A DNA stretch of 64,000 nt from Solirubrobacterales bacterium (GTDB lineage Bacteria > Actinomycetota > Thermoleophilia > Solirubrobacterales > 70-9). This document shows, piece after piece, positions 62,521-64,000 of the stretch. Position 1 is the stretch's first letter. Each line of letters starts with the position of its first letter. A model generated the notes under the pieces. The model searched no databases. It had not been told where the DNA came from and worked only from the letters and a program-made list of their open reading frames with translations. The stretch covers positions 401-64,400 of the forward strand of contig DASSFS010000040.1 of NCBI GenBank assembly GCA_035694165.1. The letters run 5' to 3'. Both the position numbers and the translations under genes were made by a program.

Positions 62521-63344
62521 CGGCCGTCAAGGCTATAGGCGGCGGCGCGCATGACATCGAGCGGGGGCTCGCGGCCGGTCCAGATCTGCAGCGAGAGCGC
62601 GCCCTGCTGGACGAGGATCTCGATCCCATCGACGACCTTGGCCCCCGTGGCCGCGGCAGCCTGCAGGAGCGTGCTCGGCCCCGCGCCGTAGACCATGTCG
62701 GCAACCACCACCCGCTCGCCGAACGCGCCCCGTCGCAGTGGCAGCTCGTCGAAGGGGTCCTCGCCGTGCAGGCCAACCGCGGTGGTGTTGACGATCAGCT
62801 GGTAGTCGTCCTGGTCGAACTGGGTTACGGCGCCGCCCCCTTTGACCTGGATCCGGACTCCCGGCAACTCGATATCGACTTGCTGAGCTCGGGCGCTGGT
62901 GCGATTCCAGATGTCGACGACGGCGCCTTCGGTCCGCAGCGCCCAGACCGCCGCCCGCGCCGCCCCTCCTGCTCCCAGGACGAGGGCGCGAGCGCCTCGA
63001 GGCAAGCCCGGCAACGCCGCGATCAGACCGCCGGCATCGGTGTTGTGCGCCTGGATCTGTCCGTCGACGAAGACGAGCGTGTTGGCGGCGCCGATCTCCC
63101 TCGCCATCTCGGTTGCGACGTCGGCGCAAGCGAGGGCCTCCTGCTTGTGGGGAACGGTGACGTTGGCGCCGGCGAAGCCTTCGGCGGCCATCGCCCGCAC
63201 CCGCGCTTCAAAGTCCTCCGGGGCGACGTCGATCGCCTCGTAGGTCCACTCCCCGCCCAGGCCGAGGGCCGTCAGCGCAGCCGTGTGCATCGCCGGCGAC
63301 CGCGAGTGGGCGACGGGGTGGCCGAGGACCGCCAGCCGGGGCAT
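62517..63344 (-). CDS. aroE: Shikimate 5-dehydrogenase
   Basis: 275 aa. LGHPVAHSRSPAMH...GANVTVPHK...NT...LGAGGAARA. Confidence 0.9.
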   Translation of the reverse strand: MPRLAVLGHPVAHSRSPAMHTAALTALGLGGEWTYEAIDVAPEDFEARVRAMAAEGFAGANVTVPHKQEALACADVATEMAREIGAANTLVFVDGQIQAHNTDAGGLIAALPGLPRGARALVLGAGGAARAAVWALRTEGAVVDIWNRTSARAQQVDIELPGVRIQVKGGGAVTQFDQDDYQLIVNTTAVGLHGEDPFDELPLRRGAFGERVVVADMVYGAGPSTLLQAAAATGAKVVDGIEILVQQGALSLQIWTGREPPLDVMRAAAYSLDGR

Positions 63345-63346
63345 CC

Positions 63347-64000
63347 CTATTCCCCGCAGGTGTCGGGCTCGTTGCCGCCGGCGGCTTCGCGGGCGGCGTT
63401 GTACCTGGCGACGTCGGCTTCGAATTCGGCGTTGTTCTTGGAGAAGGCGAGCTTGCCGCAGGTCCCTGGTTCGTTCACGTAGTAGAGGTAGTCGGTTTTC
63501 GCCGGGTGCGCGGCGGCCTCGATCGCGTCGATCCCAGGGCTGTTGATCGGCCCCGGCGGCAGGCCGGAGTTGAGGCGGGTGTTGTACGGGGAGTCGACCG
63601 CCAGCTCGGATTCGGTCAGCGGCTGCGTGTAGTTGCCGGTGGCGAAACGAATCGTCGCATCGATCCCCAGCGGCATCCCTTCGTGCAGGCGGTTGTAGAC
63701 GACGGCGGCGACCTGCTTGCGCTGGCTCGGAATCCCAGCCTCGTCCTCGATCAGCGAAGCGATGATGAGCACGTCGTAGGTGGTCAGGTTTTTCGAGCGG
63801 GCGTAGCCCATGTCGACGCCCTTGATCCGCCCCTTGAAGTCATCGAGCTGCAACTGGACCAGGTCGGCGGCGGGGGCCCCCGGCTTCATTTCGAAGGTGT
63901 CGGGAAAGAGGAAGCCCTCGAGGTTCTTCGCGTCCTTGCCGCCGTATTTGGCCGGGTTGAGGTAGAGGGAGCGGATCGTCTCTTTGGTGTAGTCACCTTT
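63347..64000 (-). CDS. mltG: Endolytic murein transglycosylase MltG (YceG-like), C-terminal ~217 codons; N-terminus beyond the window end
   Basis: The frame stays open from 63889 to 64000 (...LEGFLFPDTFEMKPG...). ASLIEDEAG...VVYNRL...L.IDAT..Y...YNT....GLPPGPI.SPG are YceG hallmarks. Confidence 0.85.
   Translation of the reverse strand, partial: KGDYTKETIRSLYLNPAKYGGKDAKNLEGFLFPDTFEMKPGAPAADLVQLQLDDFKGRIKGVDMGYARSKNLTTYDVLIIASLIEDEAGIPSQRKQVAAVVYNRLHEGMPLGIDATIRFATGNYTQPLTESELAVDSPYNTRLNSGLPPGPINSPGIDAIEAAAHPAKTDYLYYVNEPGTCGKLAFSKNNAEFEADVARYNAAREAAGGNEPDTCGE

Overview
This is a high-GC, gene-dense chromosomal segment of actinobacterial type. The gene order resembles deep-branching Actinobacteria and Bacillus. 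I call about 75 CDS and 2 tRNAs, mostly on the minus strand. All functional calls come from reading the translated ORFs for family hallmark motifs and from conserved gene order. No database search was possible.

The backbone is housekeeping:
- pdxS (truncated at the window start)
- dnaG-dgt-recO-mutM-xerD
- pyrG - MraY-like - MctB-like - steA - recN - (MFS) - nadK - tlyA
- dxs - ispA-like - small ORF - nusB - membrane protein - efp
- pepQ-like - aroQ - aroK/aroB fusion - aroC - aroE - mltG (truncated at the window end)

Several accessory patches interrupt this backbone:
- 11.5-16.9 kb, next to tRNA-Met: SAM methyltransferase, vWA-like protein, RTX-repeat/NodB deacetylase, SET-domain methyltransferase, a stand-alone DnaJ-type zinc-finger miniprotein, and an RHH antitoxin with a decayed ParE-like toxin.
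- An orphan Hpt protein translationally coupled to a secreted thioredoxin-like lipoprotein.
- An HTH-HNH gene between dnaG and tRNA-Asn.
- 39-41.7 kb: a TetR gene, a hypothetical gene and a decayed hicAB module.
- About 8.8 kb inserted between efp and pepQ: hydrolase, GAF-PP2C phosphatase, large polytopic membrane protein, SDR, LtrA, M42 peptidase, GGDEF.

The most interesting signal is a two-copy, roughly 50-nt AT-rich/CU-rich element at about 38.94 kb and 44.60 kb.
- On the minus strand each copy reads as a very strong Shine-Dalgarno followed by a conserved micro-ORF (MYLY[I/M]C..VGG), upstream of tlyA and of a PEP-mutase/isocitrate-lyase-family gene.
- On the plus strand it could instead be a small CU-rich sRNA, with an intrinsic terminator in copy 1.
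- It also contains a 6-4-6 palindrome that could be an operator for the adjacent TetR regulator.

I found no CRISPR array, rRNA, transposase, phage integrase or reverse transcriptase. Many long ORFs in the track are antisense or frame-shadow artefacts of the high GC content and were rejected.
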